From Candidatus Omnitrophota bacterium (GTDB lineage Bacteria; Omnitrophota; Gorgyraeia; JAHJTE01): 64,000 bases of DNA. Location of the stretch: positions 642,287 through 706,286 of the forward strand of contig JAHJTE010000001.1 of the NCBI GenBank assembly GCA_018830005.1, written 5' to 3'. Both the position numbers and the translations under genes were made by a program. This document shows, piece after piece, positions 10,752 through 20,978 of the stretch. The notes below the pieces were generated by a model. That model had not been told where the DNA came from and made no database searches. It worked only from the letters and a program-made list of their open reading frames with translations. Every line of letters begins with the position of its first letter. The stretch's first letter is position 1.

Positions 10752-12845
10752 ATGCAAAGATATACATTTTTTATTTTATTTTTTTTATTCATAATTCTTC
10801 CTTCCTACAGTTTTTCCCAGGAAGCGAAAATTCCCATAGTAGTTGATGGGGAGCACGTAGAGTTTTTTAATGATGAGAAAAAGATTATAGCAGAGGGCAA
10901 TGTTGTTATTAATTATAAAGGCACAAATTTAGTTGCCGATAAGGTTGTTGTTTATTTAGAGAAGAACGATGTGATTGCCCAAGGAAATGTAAGATTAGAA
11001 TATGAAAAAGGAATCTTAGAAGGAGACAAAATAGTTTATAATTTTGAGAAAAATACCGGGACAATTATAAATGCAAACATAGAATCTCCGCCTTTTTATT
11101 CTAAGGGCCCATTTTCGAAAAAAATAAGTGACAGGCAATTGATTATGCGCCGCAGCTATATAACGACTTGCGATTTAGATCATCCTCATTGGCGAGTCGT
11201 TTCAAAGCGATTACTGATTTTTCCAGAGGACAGGATAATAGCTGAGGATGCCTCTTTGTTTATTGGCAATTGGCCGATTATTACATTGCCTAGGTATGTT
11301 CAAGTATTGAATGATAGAAGGCCGCGGGTAACGGTTATACCTGGTAAGGATAAAGAATGGGGTCTTTATTTGTTGACTGCTTGGCGATTTTATCTTACTA
11401 AATATGCCAGCGGAAGGCTACATCTTGATTATAGAGAAAGAAAGGACTCTGCAAGCGGAGTAGATCTTCACTATGAATCAGAAGGATTCGGAGAGGGGCT
11501 ATTGCGTACCTATTATATGCACGAGAGGAATATACAGACAAGGCATCTCTACAATGAACCAAGGGACACAGAAGAAAAAGAACGCTTCCGCGTTGAATAC
11601 AGACATAAATGGCAGATAGATCCCAGAAGAACTGTTTTGTGGCAGTACAATAAGCTTAAAGACGCAGAATTCTTGAAGGACTATTTTGAACGCGAACATG
11701 AGATAGTTTCAGATCCTGCTACGTATATGCAGTTTACCGAAGCGCAAGACCTCTACTCATTAAATTTTTTGATGGAAAAACACATTAACGATTTCGCGAC
11801 TACTATAGAAAAATTGCCCGAGGTAAGTTTAGAGACGGTTAATTTCAAATTAGGAGAAAGCAGGTTATATTTTAAAAGCGATAATAAATTTTCTAACCTT
11901 AGAAAAGAGGAGCCGGGAGGCGCTGCTTTTGATGATATCGTAAATAGACTCGACACCTTTAATAACTTTACCTATCCGACTAAGTTAGGCTTTTTGTATG
12001 TCTCTCCTTATGCAGGAAGCCGCAGTACATATTATTCGGAAGATTCAAATGAGAACAAAGATGTATTACGGGGTATCTTCTATAGCGGTGTTGATATTTC
12101 AACTCGTTTTTTCAAGGTCTTTGATGTAAAGGGAGAATTTTTGGGCGCTGAGATTAATGGGCTGCGCCATATTATTAACCCCATTGTAGAATATTCTTAT
12201 ATCCATCAGCCTACAGTTAGTAATTCTCACTTACACAACTTTGATAGCATTGATTCCATTAGTAAGCAAAATTCAGCTGCTATTGCCCTAGAGAATAAAT
12301 TACAGACTAAACGAGGCAGCACAAGCATTGATTTAATAAGCCATATTTTAAGCTCTTCTTATTTCTTCGAAGATAAAGGCTTGGGGGGGTATTTTTCCGA
12401 TACGCTAAGCTCTTATCTGGAACTTAGGCCCCTAGAAGGTCTGCGTTTTGACATTGACACAGATTACGACAGGAAAAGAGGTCAGGTAATAACTAATGGC
12501 ACTGACTTTTATATTGACAAAGGCGATAAATTCTCTTTAGGCGTTGGCCATCGTTATCAAAGGGATGAAGACAACCAATTTACTTTTGATGTTGCTTATC
12601 GCGTTAATCCAAAGTGGAAGTTTAGAGTTTATGAACGTCTTGATTTTACGGGTGGCGGGCTTAGTGAACAGCAGTATACGATAAGCCGGGATTTGCACTG
12701 TTGGCTGATGGATGTTATCTATAGTGTGGATAGAGAAAAAGGTGAATCTATTTGGTTCGGGTTTAAGATTAAGGCATTTCCAGAGCTTGGTTTTGAGTTT
12801 GATACTAGTTATCATGAGCCCAAGGCAGGCTCACAAAGTTATTAA
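10752..12845 (+). CDS. lptD: LptD/OstA-like LPS-assembly outer membrane protein
   Basis: Signal peptide, N-terminal OstA-like fold region, long C-terminal region rich in aromatic/alternating residues ending in an aromatic-rich tail; 697 aa. Confidence 0.6.
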   Translation: MQRYTFFILFFLFIILPSYSFSQEAKIPIVVDGEHVEFFNDEKKIIAEGNVVINYKGTNLVADKVVVYLEKNDVIAQGNVRLEYEKGILEGDKIVYNFEKNTGTIINANIESPPFYSKGPFSKKISDRQLIMRRSYITTCDLDHPHWRVVSKRLLIFPEDRIIAEDASLFIGNWPIITLPRYVQVLNDRRPRVTVIPGKDKEWGLYLLTAWRFYLTKYASGRLHLDYRERKDSASGVDLHYESEGFGEGLLRTYYMHERNIQTRHLYNEPRDTEEKERFRVEYRHKWQIDPRRTVLWQYNKLKDAEFLKDYFEREHEIVSDPATYMQFTEAQDLYSLNFLMEKHINDFATTIEKLPEVSLETVNFKLGESRLYFKSDNKFSNLRKEEPGGAAFDDIVNRLDTFNNFTYPTKLGFLYVSPYAGSRSTYYSEDSNENKDVLRGIFYSGVDISTRFFKVFDVKGEFLGAEINGLRHIINPIVEYSYIHQPTVSNSHLHNFDSIDSISKQNSAAIALENKLQTKRGSTSIDLISHILSSSYFFEDKGLGGYFSDTLSSYLELRPLEGLRFDIDTDYDRKRGQVITNGTDFYIDKGDKFSLGVGHRYQRDEDNQFTFDVAYRVNPKWKFRVYERLDFTGGGLSEQQYTISRDLHCWLMDVIYSVDREKGESIWFGFKIKAFPELGFEFDTSYHEPKAGSQSY

Positions 12846-12854
12846 GGGGTAATT

Positions 12855-14144
12855 ATGAATATAGCAGTCATCGGTAGTGGTTATGTTGGGTTGGTAACAG
12901 GTGCCTGTTTCGCCCATTTGGGTAATCAGGTTATCTGTGTGGATAAGGATAGAGCTAAAATAGCAAAATTAAAAAAAGGCATTATACCTATCTTTGAGCC
13001 AGGATTAAAGGAAATGATTCAGCGTAATAAAAAAGAAGGCAGACTTAAGTTTACTACAAGTATTCCAGATGCAGTAAAAAAATCCGAGTGCATCTTTATT
13101 GCTGTGAGCACGCCGCCTAAAGAAAATGGCGAAGCTGATTTGACAGCGATTGAAAACGTTGCTATCCAAATCGCAAGGGCAATGCGTTCCTATAGACTTA
13201 TCGTAGAGAAGTCGACCGTGCCTGTAAAAACCGGAATGTGGGTGGAGCACACTATTAGATTAAATCATCGTAAGAACGTAAAATTTGACGTTGCTTCAAA
13301 CCCTGAATTCTTGAGAGAAGGCCAGGCCTTATCTGATTTTCTGCATCCGGATAGGATTGTTATCGGCGTTGAATCAAAGCGTGCACTCAAAATCCTGAAA
13401 GGTTTGTACAGGCCACTACACGCACCAATTTTAGTTACAGATATAAAGTCAGCAGAATTGATTAAACATGCTTGTAATTCTTTTTTGGCGGCAAAGATAT
13501 CTTTTATTAATGCAATATCTCGAATCTGTGAACTTACCGGGGCGGATATAGGAAAGGTTGCCGAAGGCATGGGGCTCGATAAAAGAATCGGTGCCAATTT
13601 CCTAGAGGCAGGTGTGGGTTATGGGGGATTTTGTTTCCCTAAGGATTTAGATGCGTTCATAAGCATAGCGACAAGTTGCGGCTATGATTTCCGGCTTTTA
13701 AAAGAGGTCAGGGCCATTAATAAAGAACAGAGAGAATTTTTCATCAAAAAGGTAGAATCTGCATTGTGGAATATTAAGAGCAAAACTATCTGCATCTTAG
13801 GTCTTTCTTTTAAGCCCGGTACAGACGATATAAGGTTTACGCCGGCGCTCTATATTATTCGCAAACTTCAGGCCGAAGGTGCAAAGATAAAGGCCTATGA
13901 TCCAAAGGCAATGTTTAAGTTCAAAAAAGAAGTTAAAGGAGTAAGCTTCTGTCGTAATCCATATGATGCAGCCTCCAAGGCAGATTGTCTGGTTATCATC
14001 ACTGACTGGCCAGAATTCAAAAGTTTGGATATCAAGCGATTGAAAAAACTCATGAAACATCCTCTGATTATTGATGGAAGGAATATTTTCGATAAAGGTC
14101 TATTAGAAAGATCCGGTTTTCGTTATATTGGGGTTGGGCGTTGA
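12855..14144 (+). CDS. ugd: UDP-glucose 6-dehydrogenase
   Basis: N-terminal Rossmann GSGYVGL, catalytic GFCFPKD region; nucleotide-sugar dehydrogenase family, 429 aa. Confidence 0.85.
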   Translation: MNIAVIGSGYVGLVTGACFAHLGNQVICVDKDRAKIAKLKKGIIPIFEPGLKEMIQRNKKEGRLKFTTSIPDAVKKSECIFIAVSTPPKENGEADLTAIENVAIQIARAMRSYRLIVEKSTVPVKTGMWVEHTIRLNHRKNVKFDVASNPEFLREGQALSDFLHPDRIVIGVESKRALKILKGLYRPLHAPILVTDIKSAELIKHACNSFLAAKISFINAISRICELTGADIGKVAEGMGLDKRIGANFLEAGVGYGGFCFPKDLDAFISIATSCGYDFRLLKEVRAINKEQREFFIKKVESALWNIKSKTICILGLSFKPGTDDIRFTPALYIIRKLQAEGAKIKAYDPKAMFKFKKEVKGVSFCRNPYDAASKADCLVIITDWPEFKSLDIKRLKKLMKHPLIIDGRNIFDKGLLERSGFRYIGVGR

Positions 14145-14198
14145 AGAAGTCAGGGTGAGTCCGCCTTAAGAATTAGAGCATCTATGCGAGGTAAAACA

Positions 14199-15500
14199 AT
14201 GAAATCAGATTTAATAAAGAAGATAACTAGTAAGCGATTCAAGCTTGCTGTTATTGGTCTAGGTTATGTGGGTTTGCCTCTGGCAGTAGAATTTGCTAAA
14301 CGCGGTTACTCAGTCCTAGGCATTGATGTGGACAATAAGAAAATTACTCAACTTTGTTCAAAAAAATCTTATATTCAGGATGTGTCTTCAAGAGACATAA
14401 TTGAAATTGTTAATAGGGGTAGATTTAAGGCCACGACAGATTTTACACAGTTAAAAAATCAGGATGGAGTAATTATTTGCGTGCCGACACCTTTAAGCAA
14501 AACTAGAGAACCGGACATTTCTTTCATTATCGATGCCACAGAAAAAATAGCTAATTTCCTGCATCGTAAGCAGATAATTGTTTTAGAAAGCACAACCTTC
14601 CCTGGTACTACTGAAGAAATAGTTCTACCTATTTTAGAAAAGAAAGGATTTAAAGTCGGCAGGGATTTCTATCTTGGTTTTTCTCCTGAGAGGGTAGATC
14701 CGGCGAATAAGTTATTTTCCACCACAAATATACCCAAGGTTATTGGTGGCGTCACTACCGTCTGTACAAAAATGATCAAGCAGTTGTATTCACAGGTTAT
14801 TGGTGTTGTTGTTCCGGTTTCAAGTGCAAAGGTTGCGGAGATGGTAAAATTACTTGAGAATACATTTCGGGCAGTGAATATTGCCTTAATTAATGAAATA
14901 TGTCTAATGGCAAGTCGCCTTAATGTTGATGTCTGGGAGGTTATCCGGGCAGCTGGCACTAAGCCGTTTGGTTTTATGACTTTCAAGCCTGGACCGGGCC
15001 TGGGTGGACACTGTCTTCCAATAGATCCTTTATACTTATCTTGGAAAGCAAGGTTGCATGGTTTTGAGTCTCGCTTCATACAGTTGGCAGATGAAATAAA
15101 CTCTTCAATGCCAGCTTATGTTGTGGATAGGATTACTCAAGGGCTAAACGTATATTCAAAATCACTTAAAGACTCAAAGATTTTAATTATAGGTGTTTCT
15201 TATAAACCAGGTGTTTCTGATATACGTGAGTCGCCGGCAATTGAGATAATCAGACAGCTTAGGGAGAAAAAGGCCAAGGTTTCTTTCCATGATCCTATGG
15301 TCAAAAGTATAAGAATCGATAATACATCACTACGTTCTATGAGTCTTAATAAGTCTTCCATTAAAAATAAGGATTGCGTAGTTATAGTTACGCCACATAG
15401 ATCCATTGATTATGGACTGATTAGAAAAAACGCCCAACTAATTTTTGATACACGAAATGTATTTAATGGCAAAAAAGGAGAGAGGATAATAACATTATGA
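14199..15500 (+). CDS. Nucleotide-sugar dehydrogenase (UDP-GlcNAc/ManNAc 6-dehydrogenase, TviB/WecC-like)
   Basis: GLGYVGLP Rossmann motif, GGHCLPID catalytic region; start moved to ATG 14199, which has a GAGG RBS. Confidence 0.8.
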   Translation: MKSDLIKKITSKRFKLAVIGLGYVGLPLAVEFAKRGYSVLGIDVDNKKITQLCSKKSYIQDVSSRDIIEIVNRGRFKATTDFTQLKNQDGVIICVPTPLSKTREPDISFIIDATEKIANFLHRKQIIVLESTTFPGTTEEIVLPILEKKGFKVGRDFYLGFSPERVDPANKLFSTTNIPKVIGGVTTVCTKMIKQLYSQVIGVVVPVSSAKVAEMVKLLENTFRAVNIALINEICLMASRLNVDVWEVIRAAGTKPFGFMTFKPGPGLGGHCLPIDPLYLSWKARLHGFESRFIQLADEINSSMPAYVVDRITQGLNVYSKSLKDSKILIIGVSYKPGVSDIRESPAIEIIRQLREKKAKVSFHDPMVKSIRIDNTSLRSMSLNKSSIKNKDCVVIVTPHRSIDYGLIRKNAQLIFDTRNVFNGKKGERIITL

Positions 15501-16432
15501 AAAAGGTCTTAGTTACAGGTGGTGCAGGATTTATTGGTTCACATATTGTTGATAGGCTTGTCTTTGAGAATTATGAGGTTGTTGTTATTGACGATTTTTC
15601 TTCCGGCCGAATTGAAAATCTCAAGTCCTCGATTAATAAGATCAAGCTCATAAAAGGAGATATCAGAAACGATAAACTTATTAAAAGACTCTTGAAGCGA
15701 ACGGATTATGTGTTGCATCAGGCAGCCTTACGTTCTGTGCCAAAGTCAGTTAAATATCCACTTCGTTATAATGAGGTTAATGTGACAGCAACACTTAATC
15801 TTCTTAAGCGCTCAGCTGAGGCAGGCGTTAAGCGTTTTGTCTTTGCCTCCTCAAGTTCTGTCTACGGAGAATCCTCCAAGCCCAAACAGAAAGAGACTGA
15901 TCTGCCTTTATTGATTTCTCCTTATGCGGCCACAAAATTAGCGGGTGAATATTATTGTCGCGTTTTTTCTAAGATCTATTCTTTACAGACAGTAAGTTTG
16001 CGCTATTTTAATGTATTTGGACCGAGGCAGTCATTGGAATCACAATATGCAGTAGTTGTGCCTAAATTTATTGCCTGTCTCCTAAAGGCTGAGAGACCGC
16101 CAATCCATGGCACAGGAAAACAGTCTCGAGATTTCACATACATTGATAATGTTGTTGAGGCTAATATCCTGGCGATGAAAAGAAAAGGTGTTTCAGGCTG
16201 CGTTTTTAATATAGCCTGCGGAAAGACCCAAAGCGTAAATACACTCTTTTCGCAAATTAAGACGATTTTAAATTCAAAGGTAAATCCTATATTTACTGAA
16301 CTCCGTGCGGGTGATGTTGCCCGCACCTGCGCAGACATAAGTCAGGCTCAGAGGTTATTGCGCTTTAAGGTAGGAGTCGAGTTTAATGATGGATTAAAGA
16401 GGGCAATTAAATGGTTTCAAGAAAAAAAGTAG
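15497..16432 (+). CDS. NAD-dependent nucleotide-sugar 4-epimerase (TviC/WbpP-like SDR)
   Basis: [10 protein letters not shown]-terminus, YxxxK catalytic region; directly downstream of the TviB-like dehydrogenase. Confidence 0.8.
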   Translation: MKKVLVTGGAGFIGSHIVDRLVFENYEVVVIDDFSSGRIENLKSSINKIKLIKGDIRNDKLIKRLLKRTDYVLHQAALRSVPKSVKYPLRYNEVNVTATLNLLKRSAEAGVKRFVFASSSSVYGESSKPKQKETDLPLLISPYAATKLAGEYYCRVFSKIYSLQTVSLRYFNVFGPRQSLESQYAVVVPKFIACLLKAERPPIHGTGKQSRDFTYIDNVVEANILAMKRKGVSGCVFNIACGKTQSVNTLFSQIKTILNSKVNPIFTELRAGDVARTCADISQAQRLLRFKVGVEFNDGLKRAIKWFQEKK

Positions 16433-17355
16433 CAGTAGTTACAGGTGGGGCTGGATTCTTGGGTTCGCATTTATGTACGCGATTAATTGAAAAAGGCATT
16501 AAGGTTATCTGTATTGATAATCTTATAACAGGTAAGCTAGATAATATTAGGCATCTGAGGCGATCTAAATTATTTAGATTCCTCAAGCATGACGTATCAA
16601 AATATATAAAAGTCAGAGAAAATGTTGATTATGTTTTGCATCTTGCCTCTCCCGCAAGTCCGGATGATTATCTGAAATTTCCCATTCAGACCCTTAAGGT
16701 TGGCTCTTTAGGAACGCACAATGCATTAGGATTAGCAAGGCTTAAAAAGGCAAGGTTTTTATTGGCATCAACCTCTGAAATTTATGGTGATCCCCTAGAG
16801 CATCCTCAGAAGGAAACCTATTGGGGAAATGTAAATAGCGTAGGTCCGCGCGGCGTCTATGATGAAAGCAAGCGATTTGCAGAAAGTATAACCTTGGCCT
16901 ATAAAAGACAGCATAAGATGGATGTGCGTATTGTACGAATCTTTAATACCTTTGGGCCTAGGATGCGACAGGATGATGGTCGGGCAATGCCAAATTTTAT
17001 TACGCAGGCCTTAGTCAATAAACCCATAACCGTCTACGGAAAAGGTACGCAGACACGTTCCTTCTGCTACGTTGATGATTTGATTGATGGTTTAATAAAA
17101 TTGTTATTTTCAAATTATAGTTTACCAGTTAATATCGGCAATCAGCATGAGATAACGATATTGCAATTGGCGCATATAATTATTAAATTAAGCAACTCAA
17201 AGAGCAGAATCGTTTTTAAGGCCTTACCTAAAGATGATCCTAAACTGCGCTGTCCGGATATCAGCCTGGCAAAGCGAAAGCTAGGTTGGAAGCCGCGTGT
17301 AAAGCTAGAGCAGGGTATTAAAAGAACTCTAGAGGATTTTTGCAAACGCCAGTAA
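16411..17355 (+). CDS. UDP-glucuronate decarboxylase (UDP-xylose synthase)
   Basis: [28 protein letters not shown]...YDESKR region characteristic of UXS-type extended SDRs. Confidence 0.8.
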   Translation: MVSRKKVAVVTGGAGFLGSHLCTRLIEKGIKVICIDNLITGKLDNIRHLRRSKLFRFLKHDVSKYIKVRENVDYVLHLASPASPDDYLKFPIQTLKVGSLGTHNALGLARLKKARFLLASTSEIYGDPLEHPQKETYWGNVNSVGPRGVYDESKRFAESITLAYKRQHKMDVRIVRIFNTFGPRMRQDDGRAMPNFITQALVNKPITVYGKGTQTRSFCYVDDLIDGLIKLLFSNYSLPVNIGNQHEITILQLAHIIIKLSNSKSRIVFKALPKDDPKLRCPDISLAKRKLGWKPRVKLEQGIKRTLEDFCKRQ

Positions 17356-17388
17356 AATTTATTAATTGACTTAAATCAAGGACAAGAT

Positions 17389-18591
17389 ATGAAATCTTCA
17401 AAATCGAAAAAGAAATTGCTAAAAAAAGGTTATTTTGGGCAATTCGGCGGTCAATTCGCTCCCGAGACATTGATGTATGCCTTGGATGAATTGGAAAGTG
17501 AGTATTTATCAGCTAAAAAAGATAAAAAGTTTCAAAACCAGCTTAACTATTATCTAAAGAATTTCGCGGGAAGGCCGTCTCCGCTTTATTTAGCTGAGAA
17601 TCTCAGCCGTTATCTGGGCAAAATGAAGGTATATCTTAAGAGAGAGGATTTAGTCCATACAGGAGCGCACAAGATTAACAATACCTTAGGTCAGATCCTC
17701 CTGGCACGCCGCATGAAAAAGACAAGGATTATTGCCGAGACTGGTGCAGGTCAGCATGGTGTGGCTACGGCAACCGTGGCAGCGATGTTTGGTTTTGATT
17801 GTGATGTTTATATGGGTGAAGAGGATATCATACGTCAAAGATTGAACGTCTTTCGCATGAAGATACTAGGAGCGCGCGTTAGGCCAGTATCAAGTGGTTC
17901 AAAAACATTAAAAGACGCTACTTCAGAAGCAATTCGAGATTGGGTCGCAAACGTTAATACCACACATTATATTATTGGTTCAGTTGTTGGACCGCATCCT
18001 TTTCCGCTGTTAGTGCGGGATTTCCAGAGTGTAATCGGAAAAGAGGCAAGACAGGAGATATTAAGATTAGAAAAAAGACTGCCTGATTATTTAGTGGCTT
18101 GTGTTGGCGGCGGTAGCAATTCAATAGGATTGTTTCATCCGTTTTTTAAGGATAGAGGAGTTAAGTTTATCGGAGTAGAAGCTGCTGGTAGGAGTCTAGG
18201 TAGTGGAAAACATGCTGCCAGTTTATTGAGTGGAAGGGTAGGGGTTTTACATGGCTCTAAAAGTAAGGTCTTACAAGACAAATACGGCCAGATAAAAATT
18301 GCACATTCAGTTGCCGCAGGCCTGGATTATCCTGGGGTTGGACCAGAACATGCCTATTATCAACGCATAAACAGGGCAAGATATGTTGCAGTGGATGATA
18401 GGGCAGCCTTGGAGGGATTCCAGTTGCTTTCGCAGCTTGAAGGTATTATCCCGGCGCTTGAGCCAGCACACGCCATCTATTATTTGAAGAGATTAGCTAG
18501 GAGAGTTAAGAAGAATTCACTCGTTATTCTTTGTCTATCCGGACGCGGCGATAAAGACGTTACCACGGTCTCAGAATTAATGAAGATATGA
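17389..18591 (+). CDS. trpB: Tryptophan synthase beta chain
   Basis: [13 protein letters not shown] and PLP-lysine motif HTGAHKINN; 400 aa. Confidence 0.95.
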   Translation: MKSSKSKKKLLKKGYFGQFGGQFAPETLMYALDELESEYLSAKKDKKFQNQLNYYLKNFAGRPSPLYLAENLSRYLGKMKVYLKREDLVHTGAHKINNTLGQILLARRMKKTRIIAETGAGQHGVATATVAAMFGFDCDVYMGEEDIIRQRLNVFRMKILGARVRPVSSGSKTLKDATSEAIRDWVANVNTTHYIIGSVVGPHPFPLLVRDFQSVIGKEARQEILRLEKRLPDYLVACVGGGSNSIGLFHPFFKDRGVKFIGVEAAGRSLGSGKHAASLLSGRVGVLHGSKSKVLQDKYGQIKIAHSVAAGLDYPGVGPEHAYYQRINRARYVAVDDRAALEGFQLLSQLEGIIPALEPAHAIYYLKRLARRVKKNSLVILCLSGRGDKDVTTVSELMKI

Positions 18592-19376
18592 AAAATAGAA
18601 TTCAATCAAAATTTAAGGCATTGAAGAAACATAAACATAAGGCATTGATCGCCTATATTATGGCCGGCGATCCATCTATTGGCATGACTGAAAAAATAGT
18701 TTTGTCATTGGAAAAATGTGGAGTTGATTTAATAGAATTAGGAGTTCCATTTAGCGATCCCTTGGCAGACGGGCCTACTATTCAGGCAGCTGACACACGC
18801 ACATTGAAAAAAGGTATAAACATTGAAAATGTATTTGCACTTTCCAAGAAACTCAGGAAAAGAACGCAAATACCATTGATCTTGATGATCTATTATAATC
18901 TGATATTAAATGTGGGCGAAGAAAGATTCACAAGGCTTGCTAGTGCCTCGGGCATAGATGGATTAATCGTGCCTGATTTGCCGCCAGAGGAAGCAAGAAA
19001 TCTAATAAAGTGTTGCCGAAGGTTTAATTTAGCTACAATATTTTTTGTTGCCCCTACAAGCAGCACAAAGCGAATTAGAAGTGCTGTTTCAAATTCCACT
19101 GGTTTTATCTATTATATATCAAGGACAGGCGTTACTGGAAAAAAGACAGAGATTGGATATGAGCTAAATAAGCAGATTAAAAAGATAAAAAAGTTGACTA
19201 AGAAACCGATCTGCGTTGGTTTTGGCATTAGAACCAGAGAGCAGGTTAGAATGATTAAGGAAATCGCTGATGGCGTTATTGTAGGAAGTGCAATAGTAGA
19301 TGTAATTTCTCGATATTCTAGAGATAAACAGATCTTGGATAAAGTGGAGGGGTTCTTAGGGAGGCTAGATGTATAA
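18588..19376 (+). CDS. trpA: Tryptophan synthase alpha chain
   Basis: TIM-barrel TrpA signature ([17 protein letters not shown]); start overlaps trpB stop. Confidence 0.93.
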   Translation: MKNRIQSKFKALKKHKHKALIAYIMAGDPSIGMTEKIVLSLEKCGVDLIELGVPFSDPLADGPTIQAADTRTLKKGINIENVFALSKKLRKRTQIPLILMIYYNLILNVGEERFTRLASASGIDGLIVPDLPPEEARNLIKCCRRFNLATIFFVAPTSSTKRIRSAVSNSTGFIYYISRTGVTGKKTEIGYELNKQIKKIKKLTKKPICVGFGIRTREQVRMIKEIADGVIVGSAIVDVISRYSRDKQILDKVEGFLGRLDV

Positions 19377-20634
19377 GAAGGTTAGATTGCCTAACGGTCT
19401 GCGTATTATTGTCAAGAATCTAAGTGATAGAGAGGCAGTTTCTTTAGGTATCTGGATTGGTGTTGGTGGCAGGTTCGAGCAAGATCTCAATAAAGGTATA
19501 TCGCACTATCTGGAACATATTTTATTTAAAGGTTCCAAGAAGTATACCTGCCGTAGTATTAAGGAGACGATCGAGGGTAAGGGCGGCTCCTTAAATGGTT
19601 TTACCTCTGAAGAATACACCTGTTATTTAGTTAAGGTATTAAAGGAGAATCTTTATCAGGCCTTGGAAATTCTCTCGGATATGGTCTTATATCCACGTTT
19701 GGAGGATCTTGAGATCAACAAGGAACGCACTGTTATCATAGAAGAGATCAAGATGTATAAAGACCTGCCGCAGTATCATGTTTTGGAGATATTAGATTCT
19801 CTTATCTTTCCCAGCCATCCCTTAGGGCAAAATTTAGCAGGCACACTTGAAAGTGTGGCATCAATTGACAGGTGTGCACTTGATGATTTTCAGAGGAAGT
19901 TTTACAAACCTTCTAATATTGTTATTTCTGTATGTGGCGCCTTTAAGATTGAGGAGCTGATCAAGAAGATAGAGACAATATTTATCGCTAAAGATAAAGC
20001 CGATCATATTAAGCCACTAGCCTCAGGGAAGCAAAAGACATCACCTCAGGTAAAATTCGTTAGCAAGCAAATAGAACAGTCGCATTTAGCTATAGGTTTT
20101 CGTTCTTACAGCCGTAGCCATCCTGATCGTCATGCAATAGATCTATTACATGTTATTATGGGCGCTAACATGAGCAGCCGTTTGTTTCAGGAGGTACGTG
20201 AAAAAAGAGGCCTTGCCTATTCTATAGGCACAACAGCAAAGCGATTTTCTGATTCAGGTGCGTTTATCGTACATGCTGGTGTAGATAATTCAAAGGTAGC
20301 AGAGGCGGTTGATGTAATAATAGAAGAACTTGAAAAAATCAAGAAGAGCTTAAACGTAGCAGAATTAAAAAGGGCTAAGGATTTTTTACTTGGTCAACTC
20401 ACTATTGCCTTGGAGGATGTTGCTGATCATATGCTTTTTATGGGTGAGGCTACTATTTCTTTAAATAAAGTAGATACATTAGATCAAATAAAAGATATGG
20501 TGAGTAAAATAAATACTCAAGATATTAAGAGGGTAGCAGGAGAGATTTTCAATTTGGAGAAGATTAATTTATCCGGCATAGGGCCTTTTAAAGATGAACA
20601 GGTAAAGTCGTTGAAAGAGAGGTTATTAAAATAG
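19369..20634 (+). CDS. M16-family zinc peptidase (pitrilysin-like)
   Basis: Inverted zinc-binding motif HxxEH (HYLEH) near N-terminus; 421 aa. Confidence 0.85.
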   Translation: MYKKVRLPNGLRIIVKNLSDREAVSLGIWIGVGGRFEQDLNKGISHYLEHILFKGSKKYTCRSIKETIEGKGGSLNGFTSEEYTCYLVKVLKENLYQALEILSDMVLYPRLEDLEINKERTVIIEEIKMYKDLPQYHVLEILDSLIFPSHPLGQNLAGTLESVASIDRCALDDFQRKFYKPSNIVISVCGAFKIEELIKKIETIFIAKDKADHIKPLASGKQKTSPQVKFVSKQIEQSHLAIGFRSYSRSHPDRHAIDLLHVIMGANMSSRLFQEVREKRGLAYSIGTTAKRFSDSGAFIVHAGVDNSKVAEAVDVIIEELEKIKKSLNVAELKRAKDFLLGQLTIALEDVADHMLFMGEATISLNKVDTLDQIKDMVSKINTQDIKRVAGEIFNLEKINLSGIGPFKDEQVKSLKERLLK

Positions 20635-20702
20635 AAGCTCTAGAGAAAGCAAAATTAATTGTACACCTGGCGCAGGAGGAAAAGTGCGAAGACTCAGTTG
20701 TC

Positions 20703-20969
20703 TTGGGAATGAAGAATGTCGCTGACTTCTGCGATTTTTTTGTAATCTTAAGCGGAGATTCTCATCGGCAGGTAAAGGCACTTGCAGATGCACTCCAGGA
20801 GGAATTGTTTAAGAAAAAAATTAAAGTCTATAAGCGACAGGACGACCGTGAGTCTTCTTGGGTGGTTTTAGACTTTTTTGATGTAGTAGTGCATATATTT
20901 TATAGAGAGCTACGCGAATTTTACAGCCTGGAACGTCTCTGGGCTGATGCTGAACGTATTAATTTTTAA
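20703..20969 (+). CDS. rsfS: Ribosome silencing factor RsfS (Iojap); true start probably upstream at a non-canonical codon
   Basis: DFFVILSGDSHRQVKALADAL...VVLDFFDVVVHIF matches RsfS; conserved N-terminal residues are encoded in-frame upstream of the first ATG. Confidence 0.8.
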   Translation: MGMKNVADFCDFFVILSGDSHRQVKALADALQEELFKKKIKVYKRQDDRESSWVVLDFFDVVVHIFYRELREFYSLERLWADAERINF

Positions 20970-20978
20970 ATAGTTAGA

